From contig NC_088797.1 in assembly GCF_011386835.1 (NCBI RefSeq), positions 109,306,001 to 109,370,000 on the forward strand: a stretch of DNA of 64,000 nt. The letters run 5' to 3'. The first letter of the stretch is position 1; every line of letters begins with the position of its first letter. Positions 9,879 to 22,797 of this stretch are shown piece by piece. The DNA comes from Chrysemys picta bellii (Eukaryota). The translations under genes were made by a program, and so were the position numbers. Below the pieces are notes generated by a model. That model made no database searches. It saw only the letters and a list, made by a program, of their open reading frames with translations, and was not told the DNA's origin.

Positions 9879-12800
9879 AATGTTATGGGAGAGCATTTTC
9901 AAGACTCAGAACAGTAGAGGAGCATTAGAGAATAGTAGTGAAAGGAAATAAAAGTAGAGAAACCAGACCTCCAAATGGGAATGAGAAGTCAAAAAGGAGT
10001 GGGGGGGACAAGGTCTGGAATATTTTCTATATTAAAAATATTTAAGGGCTAAAGTATTTTTCATAAACTAATATAATTATTTTAATTAAAAATCTTTAAA
10101 ATATTAATGGGTGTAGTCTGAAGGCAGACTTAATTATAGCAGCACCATTCACGCAGATGTAGTTAAGGCTCTGTCAGAATTTCCATTATGAACACTGTTT
10201 TTCAAGAGGTTATAACTCAATTGTACAAATTTGCCACAGGCTGAAACTTTACATAAAGTTCTCAGGGTGGAAGTGATTTTTTTTTCTCCAATTTTAGTTT
10301 AATTGATTTGACTGTAGAAGGGCAGGAAAGATTTGGGATTTCAGCTGTTTTCCTGCATGTGGTATTTTCTAGGCAGCTTTTTGGTTTTGTAGATGGGTGC
10401 ATTTGGGCATTTTTATAAAGAGAGTCTTTAAAACAGCCAAAGATTGAGATTCAAAAGGTGGCTTCTGCTGATATGTACAGTTAAGTGCACACATGCTACA
10501 TACTGCCCGTGTGCTGCCTACTCCCTGTGTCAAAATCAACATTTGAACCTGATTATTATCCCCTGCAAAATGAGAATCAGGGTTTTGATTCAGCCTATTT
10601 TAGGGCTAGGGAGCAACTGCAAAGTTCAGACTTGAGCCTTTGCTTTCCCCAGCTAGTCTGACCAATCCTGGTGGCCAAGCCTTGTGTATAATGGATGACC
10701 GAGGTTATATCTAAACAGGGATAAAAAAAAAATCTATGGCTGGCTCCCTGTCCTTTCTTTTCCGTGCAAGGATCATGGAGATTAGTACAGTCTCACGGCA
10801 GTGTAAACCCCATGGAATAGACAGAAGAGTGGGGATAATAGATATTGGAGTCCTTATGACTTTAGAAGCTGAGGGAGGAAGAATGGGTTTCTCCTGCCAC
10901 CACCTTTCCTCAATATATCCCATTTATCTTATGAATCCTTACTCTGGTGAGCTATCCTGTCCCCAACGACTGCTCAATTTCAGAGCTTTTAGCTGCAGAC
11001 TGTCTTTGGGTCACTTGACCTATTCAATCGTTCCTTGGCTGTCATTCAGCCAGAGAAAACCCTGCCTCATCTTTTTGAGATACAGTTGCCTATGCAGTCA
11101 GCCAGGATTGGGCTGGCTGTGTGCCACTCTGGTCCCCTGACATAAATCAGAGCAGCCTCCAGATTGCTTTATTTTATGCTAGCTGCTGATGGCCTCCAGG
11201 GGTTGATATCATAGCTAGCGATCAACAGGGCATCCCCTGTCCCCTAGCCTCTGAATTGGCAGCAAGGAAGGGAGTGGCATAGGAGCTGCAATGCTGGCTC
11301 TATGCCATTGGAGGAGACTTTTAACACTAGGCTGATCCTACGGTGTCCAATTACACACCAGTCCGGTGCCCAGATTCCACTAGTGGTGCACTGTATTCCA
11401 GGATCTGAACCAAAGCCTTTAAATTGTCAAACACTTGGGTGATTCACACCACTGAGAAATGAGTGAAGGCTAGGAGTGTAGGGGACGCCATAGAATCCAT
11501 GGCACAAATCTTATGGGTCCCAGGAATAATCTGCACCTTTTATTATTTACATTTGTATTGAGTTTTTCAGAGGAATTTTAAATTCACAGAACTATACCGC
11601 TGTAGAACTTCTGATACACATATATAGGATAGTAAATTTTGCACAACAAACCACTTTCTACGTTTAGACCTTTCTAAACGTCATGGAAAATAAGTTTTGT
11701 CAACTTCAACAGAATAGTTTTGCTTTATGCAATAGCAAATTTAAAAACACAACCCTATTTTATTCTTGGAGGATACAATATTCAACTTCTGATAAATATC
11801 AGACTCATTTTCTCTGCCTGAAACCTAATCATTAAACCACATTCACCATTGTGAGATATCTGGCTTGAATATGCCATATTAGTGGGGAAATTACTCTAAA
11901 TAAGAACACAACTGACAACTGTTGCTGGCAGACTAATGGCCTATTTTATATATTGTACAAAAAATAATGTCATTGCCTGTATATTTACTGTATCATTTGC
12001 TTTAGACTCCTGTTTTTTTTTTTTCATCATAGTATAGTATGGTTGCTGGAAAAAATTGTAATCTAAAGCAAAATGCACACAGTTCAGTGCAACCAGAATT
12101 CTATGTCCACACAGTACTAATACCTATTACTTTGTAAAGATATCTGCCAGCAGGTAGAAATGCATCCCATTCTCATTGCTATATAGGATTATTTGGTAAC
12201 CATTTAATGTAAGATTGAATTATGTTAGTAGCAGAACATTTTTTCACCTGCTGGGTAGTTTTTCAACTCAACCTACTAAAAGAGATGGGGCCACCATAAA
12301 CACACAAAGATACATCCCTGAATGTGCTATTGATGATCTTTTTAAAATAAAATCTATCATAGTATTATACAGTGATAGTAGCTATTGCAAAGTAAAGCAC
12401 AGACCCTAAGAAGTCCACAAGTTTGCAACATGAATGATGTAATGAGAACAAATTACATTTATTTCATTTCCAGTCCTTGTTAATGTCTTCCTCATGATAA
12501 TAGATTCAGATTTTGTGCCATTATCTGGTCTTATTAAAGGAAAGTGGTTTCAATTTTAATGCTTCCTATATAAAGTAAAAGAACACCTGCTCATAGAATA
12601 TATTTTCCATGCACCTAACAAAATACAGTGAAATTAACAAAATGTTTCTAGCCATATTAGAAAAAGGGCACAACTGTTACTCTCTATATAAGACTGATCT
12701 TGATGTGGATTCTAGATAAGGTATATCACTGACAATGCCAAGTGCTCAAAATTTATTCTTTTTGTGTTTTTCTTCAAAATAATTCATGCTAACAATGCAT

Positions 12801-13957
12801 GCCAAAACTATTTTTTTTTTAATTTTAACTTTTTCTATAGTTTTAGAAAGCACTGCTGATATAAGACATTTTTACATGTAGTTTCCTGGACTGAATTATC
12901 ACACACAATAGGACATATAAATTTAGATCCCTAATGTATGAGAACTGATATAAGTCGTTAGAGGGTAAAATACTTCCATATTAAGCTGAAAATGTGACAT
13001 GCATCAGAGAATCAAAGTCCACATTATACATGAAAACCCTCCAACTGGAACAAGGCCACCACCAAATCAAAATGGGTCCATCAATAAATGAAAGCATTGA
13101 ATACCTTGGGAGAAATTCTGACCCCATTGAAGTTAGATGCTAACTTGTCTCACATATATAACATTAAGGAAAGAATAATCCAGTCAGCTGAAGTCAGAAC
13201 ATGCTCCAGGTCCCATTCTTGAGTAGAGTTTTAGAGCACAGACATCTTCAACCTAGTCTCTTAATAAGTCACCACCTGCCCCTTGTCTCCATCAAGGAAG
13301 CCAGTCTTTCATTCACTTCTCCTACCACCACCTATGTGACACTTTTCCACATGGTGCAAGGTTTTTTCCTGCATTAGAGCTCTGCTCACTACAGAAGAGA
13401 AGAGCCGGGGAAAGTCACCAAGAAGCTATTTACAACTCCCCAAGTTTGAGGGTCAGTCCTAGTTCCAGCACAATTTAGAGATGCTCCTGGACACCTCTAA
13501 ACTGTGCTCTTGACAGAGGGTCTTACAAGGCCTTTGTATAGAATTGATATAACAGAGAGGAGCTCCCCAGACCCCATCGGTACAGCCTGCCTCCTACATA
13601 TCTACTACCCTGGGGGTAAATGGATAAGAGGCACAGATCTGGCAATGGTACAGTTCTACCAAGCAGAGTGTTTTACTACAGCAGCAGAATTCTCTGTGGG
13701 GCATCTGAATCCAGATTACAGCTCCTTTATGCCACTTGAGTGGTGTAGAGGCTGTGATCACTAGTTAATCTGGCCATAAGAGTACTGTGCATGCCATGCC
13801 CTCTCTGAATTAGTCAAGCTACTACCTTCTCCTCAGAGAAATTTCTTCCATGATGCCTACAAGACTGACAATCAAAAAACTATTATAATTAAACCCACTT
13901 TTAATTGAACCATCAAATTGTGCACATCTAAACTGAGGAACCTCATGATATTGTTAA

Positions 13958-14429
13958 TAGAGCTAGTCAGAAAACAGGGGGTGGGTTCTCCTGGAACAGT
14001 TAGACAAAAATGAATTTTTGTTGCTATTTGCATCAACATTTTCCACTGAAATTTTAGTTTTTCAGTGAAACATTGAAAACTGAAATATTTTTATTCAAAA
14101 TGGTGCCATAGTGGTCTTGGGAGTTGTAATTTGGATACCTTAAGCTCCCACTGTCCTCTATGGGCCAGATTCTCTGGTCAGATTACATCTCCCATAATGT
14201 ACCACAGTCAGAGATCACTATGACACACTCTGTCCCCTCACCAAGAGTGGAGAAAGTGGTGCAACGTCTGAGATATAGTCTGACTAGGGAGCCCAAACAT
14301 AGAGAAGAATAGGAGCATATGGCTCCTGAACCACAAAACCAATGAGGTACTGTGGTGCCATTTTGAATACACCACTTTGATCCTTTTCTGTGAAAACTTG
14401 ATTTTTGATGGTGGATTTAACCAGCCCTA
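13958..14429. mobile_element. Non-autonomous hAT element with long internal inverted repeats
   Basis: TIRs TAGAGCTAGTC / AACCAGCCCTA. 8-bp TSD ATTGTTAA (13950-13957) / ATTGTCAA (14430-14437). Internal arms at about 14092-14205 and 14255-14370 are approximate reverse complements. Confidence 0.8.
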
Positions 14430-14700
14430 ATTGTCAACGTTGCCCGGTCCTTCATCAATCAATCCCTTCCCTACAGCCTGTTACCATTATTAATTGCATC
14501 ATGTCTAAAGCTAGATTGTAAACTTTCTGGGGACATGGAGGGAACATGGTTACCTATTTGTGCTGTAAGTTGCCTTGGATGCTGTATAAATAATAATTAT
14601 CAGTCATAATAGTTAATCATAACAGCAACACAATATGGGCCACTATATGGTGTAACTTCATGCTGGGACTGAACAACAAGGAATGAATCACTTTAGATTG

Positions 14701-14809
14701 CCTTGTTCTGTTCATTCTCTCTGAAGCATCTGGCACTGACCACTGTCAGAGACAGGATACTGGGCTAGAGAGACCATTGATCTGACCCAGTATGACTATT
14801 TTTATGTTC
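14701..14809 (+). mobile_element. CR1 LINE 3' end fragment
   Basis: GACAGGATACTGGGCTAGA...GATCTGACCCAGTATGACTATTTTTATGTTC is the reverse complement of the start of the CR1 at 42231. Confidence 0.7.
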
Positions 14810-14872
14810 ATTGACTTCAGTGCAAGAATTCCATTGTTAGTCAGTTTTTAAGGTACTGTTTGAAGGTCTGAT

Positions 14873-15205
14873 GACTGACAGCCCTGGAGATCTCTATATA
14901 CAGAACAAATACCACCGTGGCAGTGCAAGCTTCTCCACGTTATTCCACCCATGTTGTTCAAACCTGACCTGGGATGATCCTCTCTAGGAGTGAGAGGGTA
15001 ATTCAGTCTCCAAGAGCTGTTTCAAGTTTCCCTTCTGGGACTCACCAGCAAGTCATTTTTTGAGGCAGATGCCGACAACCAGGAAGTGGACTGAACCCAA
15101 ACTCATTTCTCATAGATCAGCCTTCAGAATATCACCATTTATTCATTCAGATCCTGAAGTGTGCTAGGAACCTAACCATTCCTAGAGTGATACCATCCCT
15201 TCCCC
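14873..15205 (-). mobile_element. LF-SINE-like element, near full length
   Basis: The minus strand has CTATGAGAAATGAGTTTGGGTTCAGTCCAC, then GGAGACTGAATTACCCTCTCACTCCTAGAG...CCAGGTCAGG...GTGGAGAAGCTTGCACTGCC...TCTCCAGGGCTGTCAGTC. These blocks are collinear with the recalled LF-SINE consensus. Confidence 0.75.
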
Positions 15206-18200
15206 AAAGAGTCTGCAGTACAGGTTTAGACATAATAACCCTGATTCTCCCCTGCCTTCAGGTTCTTTGAGCTACACACTGGCACAAAATGGCCTTAAAG
15301 CTAGCATAGCCAGCCAGAGATGGATCAGCCCAGTATACAGGGATCATCCAGTGGCATAGATCTGAAGGCTAATGCCTTCTACACCCCTACCTTTCCCATG
15401 TGCATTCTTCTTCTTCACATTAATGTAGCGAGATCTTGTGTTTAGCCACTAGGCTATTTCTATTTAGGGATTATTTAACTTTATCACAAGCAACAAGAGC
15501 CTACATCTCACCCTCTGCTGCCCAGAGCCTCACTTTCCAAGATGGAGAATGGCCTTTGTTTACTGTAGCCACATCCTATAACATCACCACGGCTCATAAC
15601 ATAACCACGGCTGCACCACACACTGCAGACTGCACAGGGGGGTATGGCTGGGAAAAGGAGGTCTGATCGGAACGTCCAGTCAGTCATCAGCTGTCAAAAT
15701 AGCTCTTTCATACTCATGGCAGCTCATGTAATTTAGAACAGCTTTTAATTTATGCTAAGGGAAAGCCCAGCACACAGCCAGCCCAGAATCAGAGAGAGCA
15801 ATGGTGGCTTAAAGCTACCTTTGGCCCCATCCACCCAAGTAAAGCTCTGTGCTCCTCACCCATAGCTGAGGATCTGTGTCAATATTACACATAAGGGGCC
15901 AGACTCACCATTCAGCTTCCTTGATTCTTAAGTGAAACTGAGGCCAAACCCAATCCATGGGTAATTTACAGCAGTTCTGGCAATGCTGCATGGAGCAGTC
16001 CTCTAGGGACTTGTCTGCTGGCTGGCGGTCATAGAGCACAGGGCATCCTGGCTCCCCCCTTTCCCATCCCTGACCTGCCCAGGAATATTGGCAGAAGGGT
16101 GCAAAGGAAATGGAGTCAGGGGCCAGCATTTGACTCATAATCGTAACAGCAGAGTTGTGAGAAACAAAGGAAGAGGAGTTAGAAGTCAGGAGAGGGAAAG
16201 AGTGAACGTACACTTCCACATTTTCATCCAACTTACACTGGATTTGAACAGGCGATCTAGAAGTAAAAGGTTTTATATCCCACTATGAAGCCATTGAACT
16301 AGCCAATCCTTCCTGTCTGATTAGTCTGCTATAATACAACATCTTCATATTTCTCAGTCACTCAGGGGTATCTGGTGCAAGAAGGTAATTACTCTGTCCC
16401 CCGCAACTACAATTAGAATAATTGTTGATTATTCTAACACCTTGCATTACTCAGCATTACATTTTGGAATGTCATGTGTCGTCATTCAGTGCAAGAGAGT
16501 GTAATGCATATTGCATTTTATTGGTGATTGAAATGGAGAAAAATGGTTTCTTTTGAATTAGCTGGTCCTTGCAGGCAGCCAAGCTTGAAGGAAAAGACAA
16601 AGTGAATATTATTTGGGCCACATCACTCTTTTAAATATAGCACACCATTAAGTCCAGCTTGGTTTTACATTCTTGCAACATGACTGTTGTTTCAGTTATT
16701 CACTTCTGTTGTCACATAAATGTGGGAATCCATAACCCAGGGATGCAGCCTATCCATTGTGCTGTGCATTTGACACTGGTCATTTGACACATGATGAACT
16801 CTTGAACTGTAAAACATATTGATTATTGTTTCTTTTTGTAATTTTTATTCGCTCACAGTGAAGATTGCTGTTTATTAGTTTTCTCAATATTTTGTTATAG
16901 CATTTGTGCTTAAAAGCCCTGATTATGAAAAGCACTTAAGCACATACTTTTCGGAAAAGGGGCCTAAAAGGTTATCTGAACTGAAGCGATGGAAAACCAA
17001 AGCCTCTATCCTGCAAATGCTTATGCATGTGAGTAAATTTATGCACAGTTTGTACTCATATATGTCAGTGTTTGCTGGTTCCAGGACAAAATGTGCATTT
17101 TTACTCATAAGTCAAATCAATGAAATGTAACAGGATCAGATGCTTTCATGATAAGTTATTGAACCAATTTTGTGACACTCGTATTATCAGTGAATAATTA
17201 TGCTGTAAGGTAGCTGTAGAATTGTCTTAAATAATATGAAAACTTCCAGGATACTACTGTGCAGGGAAGGGAGAAATCTGTAAGCCATCTGCTGGTTTAA
17301 TTTAACTTATTTATGCACCATTGCTGTTCTACTATTAGAGCTACAGACAAATTGGCACTGGTTACGTTCTTATTCTCTTGCATAAACTTGGATACAGTGT
17401 GATTTCAACCTCCTTAGCGTAGGTAGACAGAGGATCAGGGTGTCACAGCACTTGAAATGATATTGTCATAGAACCGTAGAAATTTTGACAAAATGCGGCT
17501 TAAGGCTATTGAGAGTAGTAAAACCTATACAATGTGGCTTTTGTTGAAGAGGCAATTAGTGGAACAGGACATGGTAATTGTGAGAAGGATTTAGCTGAAG
17601 CAGGCTCTGCCTAGTTTTCCCCAGGCCAACAGATAGATTAACAGAAGTCTCTTACGCTTTGTATCAATTCAGTCAGGAATTTGCCAGCCTGTGACAATTT
17701 GGTCAAATCCAGTCTCTTCTCTATCACTGGCCGACATTGTGCTGTAATTAACAGAGTATTTTTTCTGGCTGTTAGCTCATTCATTTGCCAATGTTTGCTC
17801 CAGCTGCCTATATCCTCTAGGAAACATATTTCTCTGGGAGACTTCTATAGAAATTGCTATTAAGAACACAACCTAAAGAAATTTTTACTTCATTGCAGCC
17901 AAATCAAGAAACATTTAAAGAAAGAATCAGCAGGGAAATCTTGGGCTACCGTGTGAACTCCTTACTCACAGTGGTGAACAAGTTTCTTACCCAAGTAGTC
18001 TCACTAATTCCAATGCACCTGCAGCAGCACCAGTCTTTGGACCAAATCCTGTCATGTATGTTACGCTTGAGGATGTCAGTCAGTTCTGAAGAATAAGGAA
18101 CAAAACAAAATAAGTCAAAACAGATTGGACAATTTGTTCTATTGGTAAAATTTTTGGAAAATTATTCAACAGAATATGGGCCAAAATCACTGTTGGCATA

Positions 18201-18402
18201 AATGGGTGTGACTCCATTGAAAACAACAGAGTGCTACACTTTATAAAACTGACCCACCATTATAATAGTTAATAAATTATCCAATGCTATTTCTGACCAA
18301 CATCGTAAATGTAGCATATTTCACAGTTTTGGTCATGAAGTGACATGTGTAGAGTTGTGTCTAGGCCTAGCATGTGTGTGTCTATCTGCAAGGAGCCTTC
18401 CA

Positions 18403-18403
<1 letters not shown>

Positions 18404-18435
<32 letters not shown>
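18404..18435. repeat. (CA)16 microsatellite
   Basis: Read directly from the sequence. Confidence 0.95.
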
Positions 18436-18437
<2 letters not shown>

Positions 18438-20229
18438 CACAAAGACCAGCAACCATTGCAATCTGTACCCCTTTAATAGTAAATCTGATTTCTTCTATGT
18501 GCGTATGAATGAATAGCAAAGAGCAAGGGATGGCATTAATGAGATTGATTGAACTAGAGACAAATTATCCCATAACAAGGGGCTTGTCTTGTTTTGTTTG
18601 GGTTTGGGGGAAAAACAAAGGGGAAGGTTTTCAAAGGCACAAAAAGCAGTCAGACGTCCAATACCATTGATTTTCCATGGGAGTCGGATGTCTAACTGCA
18701 CTTCGTGCCTTTGAAAATCTCCCCCAGCTGTGCAGTTTGACAAAAGCTCCATGGGTTAAGTCTAGCAGTCTTTACTCAGGCAAAATTCCTGTTGTAAACA
18801 AGACATGATTAAAATCTGCAAGATTTGTACCTACAGAAATAAGGGTCAGACTGAACTCTTCCTTTCTGTGCATACCGCAGTCCAAAAAGCCCTATATCAA
18901 GACATTTCAGAACAGCGTGTGGTCATATATTATATAGTATGTGCTACAAATTTTAGATGAAATGATAGTCTTAATGCTGAATGAATTTCCTTGCTTTTGT
19001 GAGGTTTACTCAGATCCTTATCTTTATTCCCAGGTGAATTATTTTAGCATTTTCATGCCCCAGTATTACTGGGCATTACTCTTTATAGACCCAACTTAGT
19101 AACAATCAATAATGCAAGTGGGCAATTTATTTCAATGGGGTTTAACAAACAAAATTATAGGCTTATTCTGACCTTGTTACACCCGCAGCCTGGAGCATTT
19201 ATTAGAAGTTTGCCGACGATGCATCTGGGGACATTGTGTTACAATCTCACGTACACTGGAGAATGCCATCATTTTAAAAGGAGTTACTCCTGAACTAGAT
19301 GGCACAAATAGGCCCAGAATCAAGCCCCAACATGCCCTACATTTGCAGACAGTGAGCAAGATTGTATGGTGGCCTCCAGCAACGTCAAAGCAAAATGGGG
19401 CTACTCTGTATTCTGCCATATTGCTAGAGGCCGGAATTTTCAATGGAGCCCAGACGAGTCAGGTGCTTAACTCCTCCATCCCAGCTAGAGAAAGAATAAA
19501 ACCAGGTGCTGCCCAGAACATTTCCATTGCCAGCAGGGAGGTTCATGGCAAACAAATAGTAGTTGACTGTTGTGACTTTAGTCATTATTAACTACTACCT
19601 CTTAGTGCCCCTCAAAGGGAATATCTAAAAAGCACCTTGCTCTGTCATATAAAAGAATGTAAAACTACTGAAAGAGCCAAATTTCCAACCTTCAAAACAG
19701 AAAAGTACATTAAGCATAGCACCACAAGCTCACTTTATCCACAGGCCAATGAGCAAGTGTAAAATGCAGTGCTGGTAGCTAAATGAATCTTAGAAGTAAT
19801 GATACCTCTTTTAATGCTGACGAACAAGATGGCCAGACCCATTTAGCATTTCTAGTTAACGTTTTAGCGACTGCTATGAAGTAGTGAATTTTACTAACCA
19901 TAAATGTCTTTGATGTGCTTGAAAAATGTAACAAGGTGTAGAACTCAAAAGAGCAATTACAAAATGGGTTAAAGGGAAGATGAAAATACTTCTACTCTGG
20001 GAGAATTACCACCAATCCAAGAGCCAGAAACTGCCACTCTATTGACTAGTATAAGAAAGCAGGGATCCTGTGTGGATTTGAAAGAATAAGGAAGGGAGTA
20101 AGTTGGTTTGATCATGTATCTCAGTGGAATGAAAGATGACAGCCTCTTCTGCTACTCTTTCACCTCCAAGTCCCCAAAAGATCCCCCTACAAAGTCTGCC
20201 TGGGCTTGGTAATGGATGGTAAATGTCTT

Positions 20230-20480
20230 AGATTCATAGATTCTAAGATCTGAAGGAAACATTGAATCATGTAGTCTGACTTCCCACACAATAAAGACCA
20301 ACGAATTTCACTCAGTAATCCCTGCACTGAGCCCAATAACTTTTGGTAGTACTAGAACATATCGCTTAGAAAGACAACCGATATCGATTTAAAGATTTCA
20401 AGTAATGAAGAATCCAGCGCACCCCCTGGTAAGTTGTTCCAACAGTAAATAACCTTTAGTCTTATTTCCACTTTGAACTG
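20230..20480 (-). mobile_element. Old CR1 3' end fragment
   Basis: ATTCATAGATTCTAAG...AAC ATTGAATCATGTAGTCTGAC has the form of a reverse-complemented CR1 3' UTR and tail. Confidence 0.6.
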
Positions 20481-20829
20481 GATCTTGTTTCACACATACT
20501 GTTGAGGATTGGAATGTCCAGTGAATATGTCTCTACATTTTTAGGAGTTGGACTGTAACATTAAAATTGTCCCATATGTTAGTGAAACAGGGAAAAGCAT
20601 TTGGGGATTCTTTATGGAGTGACGGCATAAAAACATAAGAAAACTAATCCCTAGTGATTCTTATTATTGAAATTAATGCTCGTTAAAAATAATGTGAGTA
20701 CAATATTTACTTCTCACCGTGGCCTGTGATTATCATCATGATGTTAGTGATTATTTGCTTGAGACAGGCAAAGAGCAGCGAGAAGGGGAAGAGACAAGGT
20801 TCAGGATTAAAGTGGAGCGCAGAATGATT

Positions 20830-20986
20830 TGAGACTTGAAGTCTTTAAGATTTGAGGACTTCAGTAACTCAGCCAGAGGTTATGGGTCTATTATAGGAGT
20901 GGATGGGTGAGGTTCTGTGGCCTGTAATGTGCAGGAGGTCAGACTAGATGATCATGATGGTCTCTTCTGGCCTTAAAGTCCATGAG
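20830..20986 (+). mobile_element. CR1 3' end fragment
   Basis: GCAGGAGGTCAGACTAGATGATCATGATGGTCTCTTCTGGCCTTAAAGTCCATGAG is a typical CR1 3' terminus. Confidence 0.7.
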
Positions 20987-21234
20987 AAAGGAGTGAAGGA
21001 TAGAAAGGGAAGAATTAAGAGTAAAAACCAGGGCATCAACAGATTGGAGATTACAAACAGAGTGAAGTGTGCTGGGGGAAGGGGGAGAGTGAGTGACAAT
21101 GCTGGAGAGCAGTGATGGTCAGTACAAGGTAATTCAGAGATAGATCTGGAAGAGATTAGTGTTTGGTAAAGACCAAATTAAACTAATGATGGAGACTGTG
21201 AAAAGCCAGTCAACCCTATGTTGCAGACTGAACA

Positions 21235-21640
21235 AGTCTTTTATTTCTTTTGATTCCTTTCCACCCTGATGATTCTCAGTATCAATTCACAGCTCCACCC
21301 TCCATAGTGCCTCCCAAGCTTGCAACCTCAGTGTCTTCTTTAACTCATCTCCCATTTCTCCCCCATATTCAGTCTCTTGGTAAATCCTGTTGCTTCTTTG
21401 CCTTTTATGTAATTAAAATTTGCCCATACCTTACTTTTCCCACCACTAAAATTCTTGTCAATGCCTTGGTCATATCTTACCTTGATTATTGTAGCCTTCT
21501 CTTCTCTTGCCTCCTTGATTCTCACCTCTTCCCCACTACAGTCTATCCAAAATACTTCTGCTAAAGTTATTTACTTCTCCCATCACTCTGAATATATCCT
21601 CCTTCTATACCTTCATTACATACCTTTCATTCATACACTC
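21235..21640 (+). mobile_element. L2 LINE ORF2 C-terminal relic (frameshifted)
   Basis: Translation gives DDSQ...KICPYLTFPTTKILVNALVISYLDYCSLLFS...PLQSIQNTSAKVIY, matching the L2 motif LV.ALVISRLDYCN...LQ.IQN.AA. Confidence 0.75.
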
Positions 21641-22292
21641 ATTCCACAAATTGGGCTATGTGAATATTGCTATTGTGTATTGTTATTGTAATAACAATAT
21701 TGTATTTAATGGACCAGATTTTCAAATTCCAGCTCCCATTTCTGCTACCGGAAATTATGGGGGCAAATAGTTGCTGGCACAAAATTACACCCACAATTAT
21801 TCATAGGTGTGATTTAAATGTCTAAGCACCTGACAGCACCCCCAAATCAGGTGCTTAGACATGTAAGTGTCCTAAAATATGTCCACAATTATTTGCATCT
21901 ACAAACTCTGGGCACAAAAACTGAGATCATGTTAAAGGCCTGGAAGAAATGCTGGCACAAAATGTATCAGAATATGTAAGAAAATGATTGACCTCTGCAG
22001 ATTCAGTCATGGAATCAAGCACAATCAGTTTTATCTTTCCAGCAGAAAGTATTTCTAGACATCATAATAAAGTATACATTCTGGTATTATATATGCATGC
22101 ACAAGCCATGGTGACTTCAATAGAAGTTGTGAGGGGCATGGATCAGAATTCACGTTGCACTCCCCGACAGTACCCAGCCTGGGGAAGCTGATGATCCACC
22201 CAGTGGACCAAATTCGGTGATGAATCCTGGTTATGTGCCACCAGAGGCACGTGGTGCCTATGCGAAGAAGTAGGAATTGTAGCAAGACCCCT

Positions 22293-22479
22293 GGGACAGA
22301 TTTTCAAAGGTATGTAGGTGCCTAAGGATGTAGATAGGTGCCGACTGGGATTTTCAAAAGTGCCTAAGCAGGTTAGATACTTAACTCCACAATGCTTCCC
22401 TGTTTGGGTGCTTTTGACAACCCCACTAGGTGCCCCTCTGCATCTTTAGGTGCCTAAATACCTTTGAAAAACTGGCTCC
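22293..22479. mobile_element. Palindromic short non-autonomous element (TAGGTGCCTA family)
   Basis: Outer arms GGGACAGATTTTCAAAGGTAT...AGGTGCCTAAGGATG / CATCTTTAGGTGCCTAAATACCTTTGAAAAACTGGCTCC. Confidence 0.65.
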
Positions 22480-22667
22480 CTCTTCAGCAAAAGGACTGAC
22501 CAGCATGAATCTTTTTGTTTGCACAAGGGGACTCGGGCCAAGTGTAAGAGTCCTTGTTGATGGACTGTTTTGCATAATTAGGGCTTTATGTAGCACCTTA
22601 CATTTTTCAAAGGTCTGTGCAGACATTCATTAATCTATGATGGGCAAAGTGAAGCAAATGAGGAGAT

Positions 22668-22797
22668 TCGGGCTGCAATTCAGGAAAGCACTTAACCATG
22701 TGCTTAAATCAGTCCCTATTTGGGAATGCACTTAAGCATGTGCAAAAACTTCTGCTTAAAGTTAAGCACTTGTTTAAGTGCCCTCCTGAATGAGAGC
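22668..22797. mobile_element. Short palindromic element with GCACTTAAGCATGTGCTTAA repeats
   Basis: Repeated motif with inverted termini ATTCAGGAAAGCACTTAA / TTAAGTGCCCTCCTGAAT. Related copies occur near 16915-16950 and 58930-59075. Confidence 0.55.
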
